The translations under genes were made by a program, and so were the position numbers. From Elusimicrobiota bacterium (GTDB lineage Bacteria > Elusimicrobiota > Elusimicrobia > UBA1565 > UBA9628), in NCBI GenBank assembly GCA_016212795.1, contig JACRDT010000012.1:19975-83974 (forward strand): 64,000 nucleotides of DNA, written 5' to 3'. The notes under the pieces were generated by a model that had not been told where the DNA came from, made no database searches, and saw only the letters and a program-made list of their open reading frames with translations. This document shows, piece by piece, positions 61,968-64,000 of this stretch. The first letter of the stretch is position 1, and every line of letters begins with the position of its first letter.

Positions 61968-62765
61968 TCAGGCGGCCGGCGGGGGCTGCTCGGGGGCCTT
62001 GAGGGCCTTGAGCGCCAACGCCAGGTAGATGCCGACGACGACCAGCGCGATGACCGCGAAGTACGGCGGCACCGAGGGCGTGAAGAGGACGACGGTCTGG
62101 AGCGCGATGACCAGGGTCTGGGCGTAGAGCGTGACGCCCAGGAGGGAGGCGTAGGATACGTTGGCGTCGAAGGCGGCGTTGAGCATGAGCCCGACCAGCG
62201 AGTAGAACAGGGTCGCGCCGACCTTCCAGCAGACGAACGCGAAGGGCGTGACGAACAGCAGGGAGACGTAGACGATGATCGGCACGATCCGCCCGAATTC
62301 CCGGTAGGTGTTGGCGTCGACCGTGACGGGCTTGGCGCTCGGCGTCTTGGAGAGGTCGTTGACCTCGATCTTGCCGGGCTGGCGCATGAGGTAGACGGCG
62401 TTGCTCGTGAGGTAGACCTGGACCTTGTTCTCCTCCATGATGGCGGGGGTGACAGGGTCGACGCGCGTCGTATCGATGAGCATCCCGACGTCGGGGAGCT
62501 TGGGGTAGCGCAGGGTGATCGGCGACGGGGACGGGCTGGTGACCTTGCCGTCGGCGAAGGTCAGCTGGGGGACGTTCTGGGCGAGCCAATCCGTGACCTC
62601 GACGATGGCCGGGGCCAGGCGCACCTTTGCGGCCAGGACCATGGCCAGGGTGAAGATGGCCGAGAGATAAAGAAGGTATAGGAAGGACCTCTTCAAGGAC
62701 TGCTGGGCGACCTTCCGATAGAACTTGATGCTCGTGATGCCGTTGATGGGGTCGAGGATGAACAT
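61968..62765 (-). CDS. DUF1189-like polytopic membrane protein
   Basis: MFILDPINGITSIKFYRKVAQQSL N-terminus and 5-6 TM helices; start at ATG 62765 (upstream low-complexity extension rejected). Confidence 0.55.
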   Translation of the reverse strand: MFILDPINGITSIKFYRKVAQQSLKRSFLYLLYLSAIFTLAMVLAAKVRLAPAIVEVTDWLAQNVPQLTFADGKVTSPSPSPITLRYPKLPDVGMLIDTTRVDPVTPAIMEENKVQVYLTSNAVYLMRQPGKIEVNDLSKTPSAKPVTVDANTYREFGRIVPIIVYVSLLFVTPFAFVCWKVGATLFYSLVGLMLNAAFDANVSYASLLGVTLYAQTLVIALQTVVLFTPSVPPYFAVIALVVVGIYLALALKALKAPEQPPPAA

Positions 62766-62781
62766 GATGGGGGAATGATAC

Positions 62782-62806
62782 AAAAAAAACCCACGGGTTG
62801 CCGTGG
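62782..62806 (-). terminator. Hairpin CCACGG-CAAC-CCGTGG followed by T8 on the minus strand (A8 + hairpin on plus), 17 nt upstream of the DUF1189 start
   Basis: Read directly; lies in a divergent intergenic region, so its role is unclear. Confidence 0.35.
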
Positions 62807-62907
62807 CCGTGCGGCGGCTGCGGCGTGGGGCGTAGGCCCTTGGGCCCGGCTCGAGGTAGGGCTTAGGCCTCTGGATGGAGGGCTCGGAATCTGGCATCTA
62901 TATAGGA

Positions 62908-64000
62908 ATGCTATCGCCCTCGATCCTCCTCGCCTGCCTCGCCGCCCTGGGTCCCGCCGTCGGAGCCGTGCCGACGCAGGAGGCTTGGTCGGCCGAGAGG
63001 CTCGACTCCCTCTTCGACGGGGCGCTGGCCGCGGCCGGCACGCCGCTGCCGGTCCCGGCGCAGGCCGCGGGCGTCTCCCCGGGCGCCGCGCCGGACCAGG
63101 CGGCCGCCGCCCCGGACTCGGACCCGGGCAAGGTCTCGCCGGTCAAGGGCGTCTCCAGCACGGGCCGGGTGAACCTCTCCGGCCCGGACGAGGACGCCGG
63201 CAAGAGCCCGGTCTCGCCCATGGGGCTGAGGCCCCCGGTCGATGAGATCCCGAACAGCGATTGGCGGACCGTGGGCCACATCGAGGACGCCATCGCCGAC
63301 CAGAACCCCTCGTCGCGCGAGAAGCAGGACTTCTGGGACAAGCTGCGCAACCAGGCCTTCTGGCATGACGTGGGCGACCAGCTCTGCCAGCAAGCCAAGA
63401 TCCCGCTCGATTACGCGCTCAAGGTCGGTGACCATCTCAGCGGCAAGCCCGGCTTCCAGCGGTCCTTGCGCACGGGCGTGGACGGGAAGATCGTGCTGGT
63501 GGACCGCGCGGAGCTGCGCTTGAGCCTGGGGGGCTCCCTGAAGGCCACGGAGCTGGCGGGCTCGCCCGTGTCGGTGTCCGCGGGGGTCGACATCATCGGC
63601 ATGTCCATGGTGGCGCGGACCCTGAAGGGCGCGAAGGCCTGCCGCGAGCTCGACGAGCTCGTCGATTTTCGGACGATCAAGATGGTCTACCCGCTGGAGG
63701 CGGACCGGTTCGAGAAGATGGAGGTGGGCGAGCTCTGGTCCATGCCCCTGGTGATGAGGGCCAGTTTCGGGGCGGGCGTCGGGTACCCGGTCGCGGGCGT
63801 GACGCCGGTGACGGTCTCGTTCGGCTACTCCCGCGAGGGCGGGGTGAACGTGACCCTCAGGCGCCTGGACAAGGACTCCCTGCGCGTGCGCATCCGCATC
63901 GACTACGCCAGGGTCCACGGGCCGGGCGTCGGGCTGGACTACACCGTCACGGGGACGCATTGGTACGAGGAGTACCGGGTCCTCGGCCGCGACCTGGCGA
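62908..64000 (+). CDS. Secreted hypothetical protein, 3' end beyond window (not in supplied ORF track)
   Basis: ATG 62908 after AT-rich tctatatagga; signal peptide MLSPSILLACLAALGPAVGA; 364 codons open to the window end with host-like GC3-rich codons (..DYALKVGDHLSGKPGFQRSLRTGVDGKIVLVDRAELRLSLGGSLKATELAGSPVSVSAGVDIIGMS..). Confidence 0.6.
   Translation, partial: MLSPSILLACLAALGPAVGAVPTQEAWSAERLDSLFDGALAAAGTPLPVPAQAAGVSPGAAPDQAAAAPDSDPGKVSPVKGVSSTGRVNLSGPDEDAGKSPVSPMGLRPPVDEIPNSDWRTVGHIEDAIADQNPSSREKQDFWDKLRNQAFWHDVGDQLCQQAKIPLDYALKVGDHLSGKPGFQRSLRTGVDGKIVLVDRAELRLSLGGSLKATELAGSPVSVSAGVDIIGMSMVARTLKGAKACRELDELVDFRTIKMVYPLEADRFEKMEVGELWSMPLVMRASFGAGVGYPVAGVTPVTVSFGYSREGGVNVTLRRLDKDSLRVRIRIDYARVHGPGVGLDYTVTGTHWYEEYRVLGRDLA

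Noticed and set aside
62911-63960. 349-aa minus-strand ORF (and 62898..63398 -) near the window end
   Set aside because: It is antisense to a plus-strand gene (62908..) that has a signal peptide, host-like codon usage and a coherent globular-looking translation.

Overview
This is a very GC-rich bacterial chromosomal segment, roughly 65-72% GC by eye, with a strong G/C third-codon-position bias and no ribosomal RNA genes or CRISPR arrays. Many opposite-strand ORFs in the six-frame track are mirror artefacts of this GC bias and were not called. I call about 50 protein-coding genes, one tRNA, and several repeats and regulatory palindromes.

The first ~12 kb is a conserved housekeeping block: rpsA (5' end outside the window), a glgA-like glycogen synthase, a TPR plus LolB/DUF4292-like protein, ispE, spoVG, tRNA-Gln(TTG), glmU, prs, rplY/ctc, pth, then pmbA and a Trm112-like mini-gene. 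This lolB-ispE and spoVG-glmU-prs-ctc-pth synteny supports the gene calls.

The rest of the window is envelope- and signalling-rich. The most unusual features are a three-module protein (cNMP sensor, sigma54-type AAA+ ATPase lacking GAFTGA, NapH/NosR-like polyferredoxin) and a four-gene cluster of two Clp-D2-like AAA+ ATPases, a beta-helix protein and a secreted kinase-like protein. There is also a family of C7-GCG-G7 hairpin repeats upstream of unrelated genes, and an HNH-DUF222 gene with host-atypical codon usage next to a 36-bp palindrome. Other notable content includes a secreted TldD/TldE pair, a caspase-FGE fusion, a GH-like cargo with a PorV-like OMP, and two Ser/Thr kinases. SpoVG together with T9SS-type sorting features and high GC hints at a high-GC FCB-group-like lineage; that is inference only.
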